A stretch of DNA of 63,476 bases, filler included, from Hyphochytrium catenoides (Eukaryota; Protista; Hyphochytriomycota), in NCBI GenBank assembly GCA_900088475.1. It is 5 parts of 5 records of this genome, joined end to end, with 100 filler letters (N's around TTAATTAATTAA, not from the genome) between each part and the next. Parts side by side here need not be neighbours in the genome. Positions count along the whole stretch, not along the records: positions 1 to 19,279 come from FLMG01004148.1; 4 more parts are not named here. The stretch is one strand, 5' to 3'. A program made the translations under genes and the position numbers. This document shows positions 1-14,100 of this stretch, piece after piece (positions within the stretch are counted from its first letter, which is position 1; each line of letters starts with the position of its first letter). The notes under the pieces were generated by a model. That model had not been told where the DNA came from. It saw only the letters and a list, made by a program, of their open reading frames with translations, and ran no database searches.

Positions 1-1848
1 GGGAGGGAGCAAGAGGCAGAGAGAGAGAGGAGGAGAGAGAGAAGTGACAACGAGAAAGAAAAAGAGACCTTTGAGCGACAAGTTCGAGGTTAATGAAAGG
101 GAGCCGTCAAAGGAGAAGGGATAAATGATCGAAAAAGAGACTTTAGAAAGAGGGAAACAGGATGAAGAAAAGAGAAAGAAAGACCTGGCAGACAAAGACA
201 GTTCCTTACCTTAATTCTCTTTTCTCTCTCTTCCTTTCTCCTCTCACTCCCGCCCTCTCTCTCTTTCTCTCTGTCCTAGGTGATGGCATTCACAGGCCAG
301 TTCTCAATGGCTTTTGTTCAAAAGCTAAAGTCCATGCCTCTCCTTGTTCTCTGCTGTCGTCTTTGCCCCGAGGGAGTAGAAGGAACAATCTTTGCTCTCT
401 TGATGTCTCTCTCCTAGTTCTCTCTCTCTCCCTCTTCTTTCTCAGGTGCTCTCTTAGGAGAGTATCTCGGTGTAAGGAGAGAAAGTATGAGAACCTCTGG
501 GTAGGATATCTCCTTCGCACTGTGGGCAAGCTTCTTCCCGTTGCCCTTCTCTTTCTTCTTCCGAAGAGAGATCCTCAGTTCTTGGTGAGGAGCAGAGAAG
601 GAGAGAGAAGGCCAGAAGCAGAAGAGGAGAAAGATGGAAAAGAAAGAGATAAAGAGATGATGATGAACGCCAGAGAGGTCGATTGAGAAGCCCCTTCTCC
701 TTCCAGCGTGGGGCTTCTCCCTAATCTTTCGCACCTCAGCAGCCGAAATGAGCTTCCTCCCGCATCTTTCTGCATTGACCACCGGCAACGACAACAGTCG
801 CAGGGAAGAAAAAGAAAGAACTGAAAATCAAGAATCTCTCTTCTTCGGGCTTTCCCCCTTCTAAAGATCAAGAAACTATCGGGAGCCATATTACGGACAA
901 GAAAGAACTGCGTATAAAAAGAGAGAGAGAATGTGCCTGTGTGAGCTCCTGCGCGTTGAGAGAAGAGGGAAAGAAAGAGAGGATAGCGCTGAAATGGAGG
1001 TCATGACTTACGCATTACAACTAGAACCTAAGGCCTCCACATTATGCTAAGCCCTAGAAGTATTTCTCTTTCTTTCTCCATGACGACCACCCTCTGCGGG
1101 TATTATCTCTCTCGCCACTGTCCTTTCATTAACCCATACACTTGTCTCCTTGGCCGCAAATATCTGGCTAAGAATCTATACATAGCGGTTCAAGCCCATC
1201 AGCTTCCAACTGTCCCCTTCTCCATGGTCATGGCCCCTTCAGGTGTAGATCCATACTTTGAAGCGCTACCTCTGATATCATAATAAACGCCTGTGCAAAC
1301 TGCAGGGCGCCTCACCCTGCCGGAGAATGACACACACAGTTATACTTAGTAGAAGAAAGATACGTGGTTGCTTAGCTTCAATTCTTGTCATTGGGGCATC
1401 ATGGAACCTCTTTGAAGACACACGAAGAGACGCGAGAGGCGAGAGCGATTCCCAGACTAAAGAGAGAAATCTGCAGATTCAGGAAGTGAAGATCGCGGCA
1501 GCTTGGGCCTTTCCTTCCCTAGCTCTCCTTAGTAGTACCCACCGTACTGTAGTATAAAAGCGAGGCTTTTGCGGGTTGTATTCGAAATTAATAATACGAA
1601 GAGGATAGGGGCCGTTTCCGGATGGAAGAAGTTTGAATTTCCCACAACTGGGCGGCGGGTAACGGCCATGAGAAGGAAAGGAATCTTCATCCGAATATCT
1701 ATCTTGATACTCTGTCTACCTATTATCTATGCTTTCTTAATTAAATTGGCCGTAGATCTCCTTCATTCTGTCTCATTCTTGCAGTCTCTGTCTTCAACGC
1801 TGCCTTCGTCGCACGGGAACCCGATGAACCTCTTCTCTCTCTCGTCTT

Positions 1849-1882
<34 letters not shown>

Positions 1883-2146
1883 TTCTCTCTCGGTTGCTCA
1901 TCATCTCATTCCATCGCCCATCTCTCTGCTCTGTATCACTTAGAGATTAGCAGACAGAGGCTCCACGGCAGCTCAGAAGTAGGAGAACAGAGAGTCGTTA
2001 GTCACTTCGTGCTTGCCTGACGTGCCACTCTCCCTGGAGGCGATCCTGCGGTTGTCCACTTCGTTTTGTCTCTCTTCATCTTCTACTCGATTTCTTCTCT
2101 TCAGTCTCTTAGTCTCTCTCTCGGTTACCTGCCCCACAAGCACACG

Positions 2147-2805
2147 ATGACTGCTGTCTTCCGCCGGCTGCCGCCTGCTGGCGATCTGTCGACCTTCAAC
2201 ATCCAGGACGGGTTTGTTGAAGCTCTTGTCCGAGGCTTCCGGTAAGAGGAATAAAGAAAGAGAACAGTCTAGCGGTTATGATCCTCTCCCTCTTTCTGTC
2301 ACTCACTCTTCTCCCTCTTCTCTCTCTTTGCCCCTCTCGCGCTTTTGGTCTCTTCATGCTTTGCTCTCTCTGGCAGTCGCTGCATGTTACCTCTTTGCTA
2401 TCGATTCTGAGGGTTTCTACTCGGTTCACTCTCTCTCTCTGCCTCTCTCTCTCTGCCTCTCTCTCTCTTCTCAAGACTTTTCTCTCTTCTACGTCTTACT
2501 CGCTCGTCGTTTGTTTCCTTCCTTTTCCGTGTTGGCTGACTCTGGGCTGCAGATCTGGCTTCCTGACGGAGGTTGACTATCATCATTTGACACAGTGCGA
2601 GTCTCTTGAAGGTACGTGCAGCCTTCCTCTCACGTGTCTCCCCTCCATCGACGTCCCCTTCCGCTTTTCTCTTATCCTTCTCTTTCCTTCTCTTTCTCGC
2701 GCACTTCCTCCTTCCGCCCCAGACATATGCGCAGGAGAAGATCTTTCTCCCTCTCTTCCTCCCTTAACCCGTGCACATGTATGGGCGGATTCCTTCTTTT
2801 CCCTG

Positions 2806-2840
<35 letters not shown>

Positions 2841-3097
2841 CTACTTTCTCCACTGCCATCTTTATATGCATTCTTACAGGTGGCGCTTTTTTGAAACCTC
2901 TCAAAGGTGCTGACTCGTGCTGCTCGTCGGCCGTATACTTGCGTCTCTTTCCATATCCCTCTCTTTCTCTTCCCACGCAGACGTAAGATTGAACCTTCAA
3001 GAGACAGACTATGATCAGTTTCTCTCCGACGAGGTACCAGGGCACTTCTTCTTTTTCAGTCTTTTGCCATGTCTTTCTCCTTTCTCTCTCTGTCTCT

Positions 3098-3131
<34 letters not shown>

Positions 3132-4086
3132 AGTTTTCTCTACTCGCGGCAACGCTATGAAAGGCGCCTGCCACCTTAGGTCCGTCTTTCTCTTCGGTCT
3201 CCTGTCTTTCCTGGACCATACCGCACTCTCTCTCTTCTCTTCGCTTCAGGTCCAATAATGCTCTACCCTCCTCTTTATACGCTTCCTGGTCATTTTCCTC
3301 GCCTTCTCTCCATTTCTTAGCCGTTTGGTCTCTCTCTTCTCTCTTTCTTCTCCCTCTCTCTCTCTCTCTCTCTCACTCTCTCTCTCTCTTTTTCTGTGCA
3401 GACCGGCAACCTCGCCCCCACGACAATTCAGCAAGCTTGCCTCAAAAAGCTGGTGGCGGAGTTCAAGTACATCCAAGCTCAGGCAGTAGAGCCTCTCGCC
3501 ACCTTTCTGGAATATATTACGTAAATTCTTTTCTTCTCACTTCTCTCTATCTCTCTTTCTCTATCTCTTTTTAGTTCCTGGCTATTGGCCACGTAACACC
3601 GTTCTGAGCATTCTAACGGCGGCGTCCTTGTCTTATCTCACACGCTCGCCTTTGCTTTGGTTGTGAAGACAAAGAGCTCTCGCATGTTATCTCTCTTCAT
3701 TGTTCTCTCGCCCTCCACTCTTCTCAACTAGTTGTCTGGCTTCCTCCCTTCTCCGTCTCTCTCACTCCCTTTGTCTCTCACCCCTTTCTCACGCTCTTGC
3801 TCTCTTTTGCTCTCTTCCTCCCTGACCGTCTATCAGATACGAGTATATGATCGACAACATTATGCTCCTGCTGAAGGGCACACTCAATGGCCGTTCGGCC
3901 AACGAGCTCATGACGCAGGTAAGAGATCTGTTGTCCCTCTTTTATGCCGTGCCTGTCTCTGATTCTACCTCGATGGCATTCGCCTAGTCTCTTGACAGTT
4001 CTTTTCCGTCGTTTATCATCATGTTACATTGGCTGAAACCTGCTCCTCCTTCCTTTTATCCTGTTCTCTCCTCCTGCCTTCAACTA

Positions 4087-4130
<44 letters not shown>

Positions 4131-6111
4131 CACTCCTTCTCTTTCTCGCGCGCTCTGTTTCCCTGCAGCTTCACCCTCTGGGTATGTTTAAGGAGTCTAC
4201 AATGCGTTCAATCACTACCTTCGAGAGCTCGGTGAAGGGGTACAGTGATCTGTACCACACGGTCCTCATCGATACTCCCATCGGGCCATACTTCTCCCAG
4301 TTCCTAGAGGAAACCTCAGAGAGTAGACTGGAAGAAGTATCCGAGGTAAGGGCCCAATTAGAGAGAGAAAAACAACAGAGAAAGAGAGAAACGAAAGAGA
4401 AGTTAAAACCCAAGACAGAAGGGAAGCTTCGCCACAGGATGGGGAACCTCGACAGCCAGTATGCTACACCCTCAATCTCATCTGTCCCGTGGGCCAAGAA
4501 GTTACCGTCACCTCTTACCTCCGCCATATTTTGCTCCTCTCTCTCTCTCTCTTCAATAGGTCCGCAACGTGTTGGAGGAAGTTCAGATTGAGGTCATCAA
4601 AAATCATCTAATGAAGCTCTGGCTCGAGGACTTCTACAACCTCGTCCAGGTGAACCTATGAGCCTTACGTCTTCCTGCTCTCTCTCTCTCTCTCTTTCTC
4701 TTTCTCTCTCTTGCGCATATTGAAACACTCTGTGTGTCGCCTACCTGTGATCCCATCTTGTTCTTCGTATATCCACTCGATCTCACCTTAATAAGCAGCG
4801 TACTTCTCACAGCCACTCTTACCTCTCTCTGTTACCCCTTTTATCTTCCCTTATCTCGTCAACAGCGCATTGGTGGTGAGACGGCTGATATTATGGGGAT
4901 GATCTTAAAGGCGAGAGCAGATCGCGCCGCAATCAACATCACTCTCAACTCTTTTGGCACTGCCCTCAACGAGGTTTGCTACTATCTCTCTGTCTTCTTC
5001 TCTCCTGTCTCTACCAAGAATCCATGTTCCTTGCAACAGCCCGTTAGTTGAGAAAACATGTATCCGTTTGCCTATTGGCCTTTACGCTGATGCGAGACCC
5101 AACTCCTAGTCATGTCGCCTCTCGTACCCATTCACATCCTCTTCTTCTGTGCTGGTCTCTCTCTTTGTATAAATGTTGCGTTGTACTTACCTGCTCTCGC
5201 GCTTTCTCACCGTGCGGAACGTCTTGCTTCCTCTAAAGCCGAGCATGCGGTCAGACCGCCGTGCGCTATATCCGTCCGTGGGGTTTCTTTACCCTGAGGG
5301 AACCGAGGCGCTAGCAGAAGTCTCAGATGAGATGGGTCTGGGCTCCGCACTGGATCCTTTTGTGACGTATAAGAAGATTTGGGCAGTGCACGCGGTATGA
5401 AACCCTAGCCTTCGTTACTTCGTTGGCTCTAGCTCTTTTCCTCCGTGTCTGGACTTCTTTCCTCCCTTTCGTCTCAGTGATTGAACGTGGCTCTACTCTT
5501 ACTAAGCCCTCATGAAGCTTTATCATTGGAGATGAAGCTGTGTAGTTCATTCCCCTCTTTCCTGTTTTATGTGGCCTTACTCTCTCTTTTTCTGCTCTCT
5601 CTCTTCTTTCACTATTTGTTCTTCCTTATCTTATCTTGCTTCTTTGAACAGGGCGAGGATGCCTCTGCACACAAGTCCATTGACGATGCTTTCTACGAGA
5701 GAGACGTCCAGATGTTTGAGCTCGCATTCGAAAGCCAAATGCACTATGGTAACTCTTTTACTACCTTCCACTTTCTCTGTTCCTTGTCTCTCTTGTCGCG
5801 CTTGTGCTCGCAGATGGCGCTCTGCGCCTCTCTCAACTTCTCAAATTTCTCTACCTGGCAGGCCCATTGGGTCTCTCTTTCTCTATTGCATTTACCCTCT
5901 CCCTCGCGGTGCTTGTTCTCGGTGTCTTTGTACCACTCCGTAACTCTCTTTGACTCGTGCAGGCTGTTTCTATGCGTACGTGAAACTGAAGGAGCAAGAG
6001 ATAAGGAATTTGGTCTGGATTGCAGAGTGCATCGTCCAAAACCAGAGAGACGCGATCAACAACTTCATCCCCATCTTCGCCCCTCAAGCACCATGGAGAT
6101 CGAAGAGGTAG
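2147..6111 (+). CDS. ATP6V0D: V-type H+-ATPase V0 subunit d (multi-exon)
   Basis: Spliced GT-AG exons read [32 protein letters not shown]|[19 protein letters not shown]|[11 protein letters not shown]...[16 protein letters not shown]...LHPLGMF...[10 protein letters not shown]...[17 protein letters not shown]...FESQMHYG|[27 protein letters not shown]...APWRSKR*. These are hallmark Vma6/subunit d motifs. ATG 2147, TAG 6109-6111. Confidence 0.96.
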
Positions 6112-6897
6112 AGGGTGGGAAAGCACAGCTTTCTCCTCTTTCCCTGTCTTTTCCTTTCAACTCTCTTCTCTGTCCCTCTAATTCCTTCCGGAAACAGCAA
6201 CGTTGGCCTTGAGAGACTTGGGATGACGTGCAGCCTAAAGAGCAGAAGGCTCTTGGGCAAGGCTCTTCTCTCTCCTTAGCAGCCATAAGCTAGTCAGCTT
6301 TTCCTCAAACTTAGCTTTGACTGATAACAGATAACTGATACGCTTCCATCGTCGTACCCTTTCTGGCGTGAGGAGAGTGAGATCCTGATGATGTTGGTCT
6401 GTTCCTTATCCATCTGCTCTCTCTCTCTCTCTCTTTCTTTGTCGTCTGTTTGTCATCATTTACTTCCTTAGGCACTGTTTCACAATCTATCTTCTCTTGC
6501 ATTTCTCTCTCTCCTCTTGATATCTCTAAGCTTGGTGGAAGAGGGAGCCTTTGCTTTCCCTTGTGGGACACTTAACTGAGATTCTTATTTACATATTGAC
6601 ATCACTTTAGCAGACCAAATGGCGCTAGTCCTTCTCATGCGGCGTACTGCTGCTGCTTTCTCTCTCTTTCTCTGCTCTCAGCATCGTTCGTCCCTATCTC
6701 ATACTCCAGCCAGACAAGAATAGAACGGTCTTTGCCATCTCTCTTGCCCCAGAGAGTCTTAAATAGAAATGTACAGACGGGGTGAAACGTAAGAACAAAG
6801 GAAGAGTAGAAGTCTCTCAGCAGTGCAGACCGACGGGCCTTGACTTCTCCCAAGGGAGCGCTGCACGTCAGAGAAGCAAAAGAAAAAGGATATTTGC

Positions 6898-8312
6898 CTA
6901 CACCTGTGGCTGCTGAAGCTGCAGGGGCTGCATCGTATAGATCGGTGTCCCCATCTGGTCATACATCTGCTGCTCCTGGGCCTGACGTGCCATTCTCTCG
7001 GCCCTTCTCTTTCTCCTCATCCCAGCCCTAGCGACATATATTATCAAGGAGAGAACGACCAGACTCGCGACCACTATCCCTCCATAGAACAGCACGTCTT
7101 TCCAAAGAGGATCTGCGTTGCCTTGTAACATCGCACTGGCTGATTGCCCCGTGGTGGACGTGCACGAGGCAGTACAAGCGATAGAAACGACGGGGACATT
7201 CCCGCTAGCATCATACTTCACATAGGGGAAAGCCCGAAGAAAGGTGAGCCCCAAGATCCAGAGGTCACTGCTGCCGGAGTTATCTATGAGGACCGTGTAC
7301 TGGCCAGCGGCGTAGGCTGCCGTGTATGCAGAAGGCGTGAGAGTGAATGAGGTTGTCCCCGTGGTTGTTGCTAGCGTTATCACTAGGTTCCGCAGGTTGG
7401 AGAGACTTCTGCAGACGTAGAGGCCCTGACTCGTCGTCTCACAGCTAGAGGTAACGCCTAGACCAGAAAGCAGAGAAGAGAGAGAGGCACGAGGAACAGC
7501 AAGGAGAGACGTGCCACTGTCTGCTAATACACTGATAGAAGAGCTAACGATCGTCTCTCCCCCCGCCTGTACGCCTGTCATCACCACTGACCAGTGGCCA
7601 TAGACACTACCTTGATCTCTAACCACGGGACAAGCTGCCAGGTGAGATCCGAGGAGAGAGCGACGTCTGCATCTTCTCCTATGAGAAGATTATTCCCTGT
7701 ACGGGCCAGCGGATCAGCGTTGAATTGAAAGGTGAAGGTCTTCAGCGTATCGACCACTAGAGGAGAGGTGAAGATGGAAACCCCAGCAAAGGCCAGCCCC
7801 ATGATAGAAGAGAGAGAGTTCGGTGCTTGAGAGGCTAGCCCTGCCTGTATCGGGTTTATACTAGGGCCGTTCGTCCCAAGAGAGAGAGAGGTTCTCCCCA
7901 CCGTCCCAGAAGCGTTCCCAGAGCCATAGACAATGTTGAAAGCACAGGCGGAAGTGTCCACGTATTGCTTGGCGCAGGTGTTGCTCTTGCAGCACTGGGA
8001 CGCACAGCAATCTGCCCCAAGAGAAGAGAAGAGATTGGCCTTTCCTGCGCCCTCCAAGATCCAGATGTCAGCGCTGCCAGTATCTAAGAGGAAGTTGAAC
8101 TTCTGTCCGCCAAGAGAGAAGCTGGTGCTCGAGTAGTAAGCCGCGTCACTGTTTGTTAGAGGCTGAGAGTCCAAGCGCCGCCCGCGGATGTCGTTTGGAG
8201 GGTAAAATCTATGCGTCCGGACCATGGTGATGGGATGGATGGAAGCGTAAGAGGAGGAGAGAAGGAGGGAGAGAGAGAGAGAAGAACAGATGAAATAGAG
8301 AGACGAGGCCAT
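6898..8312 (-). CDS. Pepsin-family (A1) aspartic protease with signal peptide and C-terminal transmembrane anchor; 1-nt frameshift near 7627
   Basis: ORF 7581-8312 has a signal peptide, FLLDTGSADIW and the flap IVYGSG. Overlapping ORF 6898-7626 has LADSGTSLL, WILGLTFLR, a TM segment VLFYGGIVVASLVVLSLIIYVA and a basic stop-transfer RRKRR. The two lobes lie in different frames. Confidence 0.85.
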
Positions 8313-8736
8313 CGGGATTGCGCTGTCCAGCAGCAGTTCTTCCGCGTCGCAGCTGCTTTGCTATAGAGAAAGAGAGGAAGAGAGAGAGTGGGAGAAGAAG
8401 AAAGAGGACGGTGGTTGGCGGGAGAGAGAGAGAGAAAGAATCTGTCGTTTGGCTGCTACCGGTAAACTTACTTTCCACCGCTGCCTGGGATGGTGCTGCT
8501 GGTGCTAGGTAAACTTTTTGTTTGAGAGTGCGCGTGTTGACGGCTTGTGATGTTAGAGAAAGGAAAGAATGTGACGACCAAGGGAGGGCAGAGTTGGTCA
8601 GGCAGGGAGGGGCGAGAGAGAGAGGGAGAGAAAGAAGATGCCGCTTTCTGTCCCTTCAACATTGAAGATTGACGGATTGATGGCAGGCGGATGATGTGCT
8701 GCACCTTGGGACTGTAGCATGATCGAACCCTCGAGC

Positions 8737-8807
<71 letters not shown>

Positions 8808-9687
8808 AAGGAACAGAGGGGGTGTCAAAAGAGAGACTGAGAGAATTGGGAGAGATGGTTTTGTGTCTATAGTCCATAGTAAGGTTAGTAATAGCGCGCC
8901 TTGTGCGGTCCCCACTCATGGCCAAATAATACGCTAGGGCTTGCGCTGAGGAAGTAATAATAACACACAAAGCTTTGGACATTGCTACAATTGTCAGAAA
9001 CAGGCTATCCAGGATAACAGCTACATTAGGCGTGGTATTGGTGATAAGGTATTCAGTGATTGCGAATCTGAAGAGTAAGTGACTTCACAAAGACCCGGTT
9101 GTGGTTGTGGTTGTGTTGCTGTGACCTTTGGTATCCACTTGGGCGGCGAAGGAAAGGGTAATTTGAAGGCACAGGCGCTGTCAGTGTCTTATTGTTACGG
9201 CTAATGTTTGGTTAACTCGATCTTACTAGATCTATTCCGAAACTAATAATTTCGGAAGCGTCAGACTCAGCCCAAAAGAGCTTGTCCATTTTCCTCTCTC
9301 TGTCTGTCTCTCTCTCTGTCTCTCACGCTCTCTCACACTCTCTTCTCTCTTTTTCTGTCTCTCCGCTCTCTTACTCTGTTCTCTCTCTCTCCTGGTCTCC
9401 TGCCTCCTCTCTCTTCCCTCGCCCATGTCCCATGTCTCTCTTTTCAAATCACTATCTTTTTGGACATTATTATTCCTCTCTTGTTGCATCTTTCTCTCCC
9501 GCTTCAAGCGCTAGCAGGCCTTGCAGCCAGTCCGTCGCTTCTTACATTCCCTGGACAACAATGTAGTACTCTTCTCCACTGTCTCTTCCTACTGCACGCG
9601 ACCAGAATAGGAACGGAGAGAAGAGAGAAGAGAGAAGAGGAAGGAGGCGTTGGGCGAGAGAGGAGGAAAAGAGAGAGCTCCCGAGAG

Positions 9688-10367
9688 ATGGCGGCACCGC
9701 TGCCCAATCTTCGTGGGCGACTCGACCGTCTAATGGACACGTCAGACTTTGTTGTTCAGCTGAAGAAAGAAGCGGACAGGATCCACGGCGAGGGCGTGGA
9801 GTCCTTCCAGAGACTCTGCCGCATACTTTCGGCGGATATCACATTGAAGAGAGAGGATGAGAAGGCCTCAGGAATAGAGAACAACGGCACGAAAAAGAAA
9901 GAGGAGGCCAGTGATGTGTCGAAGGGGTCTTTCTCTCTCTCGCAGGAACAACTTGGCAGAGACAACCCGACTGAAGAAAGCTCGGACAGCGCTTCTTCTC
10001 CGTCTTGCTTTCAATCCAGGGGAGAGAGGCATCCCATGCGGGAGGATGCCGGAAGAGAGAGAGAGAAAGAGAGGGAGGACGAAGAGAGAGAGGACGACGT
10101 TTCTTTCTCTTTCCCGAGGCGAGATGGACTCAGACATCTTCCTGCTCGGCTGTCAATCATGCGAGAGTCATCGAAGGTACTTTCTCTCTGAATTTATCTC
10201 TCCTTCTCGTGCTCTCAAGGATCTCTTCACCATTGTCTCTGTCTTCCACGGTCCTCTTCTCTCTCCTCTACGCTTGATCTCTCTCTGCTGTGAGTCTAAG
10301 TCGCTCGTAGGTTCAGCGTCTGGCGGGTCTCGCTCGAACGGTAAGGAGCATGTCCACTCGTGGCTAA
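9688..10367 (+). CDS. Hypothetical protein (probably 2 exons)
   Basis: ATG 9688 opens MAAPLPNLRGRLDRLMDTSDFVVQLKKEADRIHGEG... in non-microsatellite sequence. A plausible AAG|gtac...gtag|GTT intron gives ...RESSK|VQRLAGLARTVRSMSTRG*. No recognisable domain. Confidence 0.4.
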
Positions 10368-10676
10368 AGATAAAGGAGACAAACTTTGAAGGGAAAGAGA
10401 GGGAGAGACAGAGAGAGAGCACGCCTGGGGCAGCCCGACATATCAGCGGGTCATGATATATACAGTAGCACAAGGTAGCGTGGTCTGCCCAAATTTTCTT
10501 TCCTTTGCCTCTTCTCCCGGGTAAATTCTCTCGTACTTTAATTTTTTCTTTCTTACTTTCCTTTTCTTTCTCTCTCTCTCTCTCTCATCTCGCTCTCTCT
10601 CTCTTCTCTCTCTCTCTTTCTCTCGCTCTCTCTCCACTCTGTCACTTTTAAATCTCTTTACAGTTGCTTCGCTTCT

Positions 10677-11092
10677 TTATCCTTGCTTTAGCTTCTTCCA
10701 CAGCTTCTCAAAGTCTTTCTGTCTGTCCGCCTTGACGATCTTCTTGATCTCAGGAAAGAGATAGTCTGGATCTGTCTCCCACTCGCTCTTCAAGGAACTA
10801 GAGGAGCAGACTTCTCTCTCTCTCAACTTCTGGGAAAGAGACAGCTGCTCGGTCCCGTACTTCTTCTTAAAGATTGAGACGGGTTTCTCTTTCAAAAGAG
10901 GGAGAAGGAGAGCCGCCCAAGAAGAAAGAACTTTGCCCTCCAAGAGAAGACGGGCAAAGTAGCGGTACATCTCTCTTTCTCTCTCCTCGGACTCTTCCCC
11001 TCCGGAATCTTGGAAGGGAATACGTAGAGTTGGAAGCTCCCAGTCCTGAGCCCCAAACCTGCGGAAAAAAGAGACAGAGACAGAGAGAGTGC

Positions 11093-11136
<44 letters not shown>

Positions 11137-14100
11137 ATCCTAGTCGTACCGTGGTGTCACATAGCACATAACACAGTCCAGCTTCTTGTCAAACTCTGGG
11201 GGCGGGTTCTCCAATGGTCTGACGAGTGGTGAAGCACGTAAGAAAATGATACACGGGGAACAGAGAGACTGATACAAACAGAAAGGAAGATGGGTGAAAA
11301 CGCTGAAGAGAGCGTGAGAGTGAGAAAGAGGGAGGATAAGAGAGAGAAGTGAAAGGTATTTCTAGACCACTTGGCGGCATGGAAGTTGTAAGAAAACCCA
11401 CAGGAACCTAGAGAGAAAAGAGAGAAAGAAAGCTAGCGATGGAAAAGCGAGACCAAGAGCTGATAAAGGGTGATCCTTACTTCGACAAGCGGCAGAGAGA
11501 GGATCCCTGCGTGACTATGGGCAGCCACTCTGCCTTGATGGCAGTGACTCCTTTCATATATAAGAGGTTCTTAGTCTTTACCGCTGTCTGAAAGACCAGA
11601 AACTCGGGAAGACTGTGCGGGTTATCAGAGAAGAGGAAGGAGTGTGGGTGGATGTAGAGGAACTCTCTAATGTTGGGGTTGGAGGACTGGTAGGCGCAAT
11701 GACGAGCAAACTTTGATCCTTCTTTGATGGTGCCTACAGAGAGAGAGAGAAAGGAAAGAAAGAGAGAGAGAGAGAGAGTGAAATATGGAGGATGAGTAAC
11801 ACATTAACATGTTTTAGTATGATGCCAGCCCGATGGCTCTAGGGCTGTGGACGACAAGAGAGGAGAGCAGGATCTACTTAGAAAGCTTTGGATGAGACAC
11901 GAGAGCGGAGAGGCAGAGAGAGAGAGAGAGAAGATATGGCAAGACTTAGGAAGGGAGACTAGCCGAACCTGGCGGCACTTTTCGGGCCACTTGGTCTACT
12001 AGTCCTGCGGCCACTATCTGGCGGAGAAGATACTCCTCTTCTCTCGACGGAGGAGCCATGTTCGTTTCTACTTTCAAAGAAGTGAAGCCTTCGTCTCCTT
12101 CGTACACACGGTTGGCTATTCGCGTTAGCTGTTCGAATGAAAGAAGAGGACAGAGACATGTCAGCTAGTTCTGCGAGAGAGGCGGTCAGGGCAAAAGGGA
12201 ATCAAGGCGCTGAAGTTCATCAGCCCCAGCAGTGGCAGCGAGGGAGCAAGACAACTTCCTTGGAGTAAGCAACGAAAGCCACGTGAGGCAGGGTCTTTTG
12301 GGTTTAGCAGAGAGAGAGAGCAAAGGGAGGCAGAATAGAATAAGCTAAGAGTAAGAATCGACTCCTATCTCTCTCTCTCGCTTGCCTGCTCCCTCAGCTG
12401 GTGGTTCTGATCCATAGTCTTCTCATGAAGAAGATGTGTCCTGCAGAAGTCTGGATCTCCCGAAGAGAAAGCATAAGCTCCCATAGCGCGCAGGAGAGAG
12501 AGGGCATCACTCTCCGGATGTCTCCAGAGCTGGAGAATAGGGTGATCTCTCTCTTTCGCCTTGCTCTGCTGTCCATCATCTTCTTTCTCTTTCTCTTCTT
12601 CGGGGTCTTGCTCTTGATTATTCGAGGGCCTTAAGAAAGGAGGAAGAGAAGAAAGAGCGGCAACAAGAGCGATAGTATACTGAAGACAGCTGTTCTCCTT
12701 CCCTAGAAGCAGCATTTTTCCATAGCGAGCAGAGAGAGGAAACTGCGCTACAGCCCGCCCGATATTTGTCAGTCTCTCTTGGGGATCCAAGGCTCCAAGG
12801 TACTGGGCGAGGAGAAACGAGTGAGGTGAATGATTGCACAAGAGGACAGAGAGAAGCACCAAGATGTAATAGAACGACCCACATCACTTTGAAGACAGAG
12901 TAAAACACGTTCAACAACAGAGAGAGAGAGAGAGCCGAGAGGACGTTTCTCTCTTCCAGCAGATGGCAATGAGGAAAGGAAGCGATGGTCTGGAAGAGAC
13001 CTGGGATACCTAAAACAGTGACAGAGAGAAGGAAGGGCTTGACCTTACCTTGAGCAGCTGGACTGCCGTTCTAACCGCCGAGGGTTCGGGAGGGGTTGGG
13101 AAAGGGAAACGCAAGACATTCTGGATGCCCAGAGACTTCATTTGCAGCACCACATCCTAGCAGAAAGAGAAAGGGTTGGAGCGAAGAAGAGAGAGAAAGA
13201 GTGAGTGACAGAAAAGAGGGAGGGAGAGAGCGACACACGAGAGACGTGCAGCAGAACGGGCAAAAATGAGAGAGAGAAAGAGAGGCAGAGAGAGGGCAGA
13301 GGTTATCTGATGTGCGTGTGGGAAAGAGAAGAGAGAAAAGAGAAAAAGAGAGAGAGAGGGAAAGGCAGGGAGAACTGGGATATATGAGAGGTGTGCAGAA
13401 CTAGGAGGCATATGTCCTTCCTTACCTCGACCGGTAGACAGAGGATCTCTGGGTCTGAGAACTTCTTGAATTGGTCGTTGAACACCGCGGTAGAGAACAG
13501 GCGATAGCAGTGGCCAGGTCCTACGCGGCCAGCTCGGCCCGCCCTGAATGAGCAAGGTGGTCAAAAGGGAGAGACATGGATCAATCAGTGACCGACAGAG
13601 CGTAGAGCAAACGAAAGAAAGAGAGAGGGAAGAGTAAGAGTATGCCACAGAGTGAGAGAGATAACCATTTTCCACTGAGAAGTCTCTGACGGTTGGACAC
13701 CAGAGCTGATGACTCACATAATCCAGGTGCAGAAACAAAGGACGACTCTCTCTCCCTCTCTCTCTCTTCTTACCTTTGATCCGCGCTGGCCTTACTGATC
13801 CAACGGACCTCAAACCTGCTGACACCAGAAGAGACATCAAAAACTCTCTCTTTCACTCTCCCGCAGTCCACCACGTAGCTAATATTAGGAAGAGTGACAG
13901 ATGTCTCCGCCACATTGGTAGCCACGACGATGAGGCGAGAGCCCTCGGGAGGAGGAGAGAAGACTCGGAGCTGGGACGGAGTGTCCAGGAGAGAGTAGAG
14001 AGGAAGAATGTGCGCTGGAGGCAATGATCTCTCTTCTTCTTCTTCGTCCTCCTCCCCTTCAGAAGCCGAACCGGAGTCACTGTCCGACTCTTCATCAGTT

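Noticed and set aside
162-1943. Several 100-170-aa ORFs at the window start
   Set aside because: Dominated by CT/AG low-complexity translation, with no recognisable domain or consistent exon chain.
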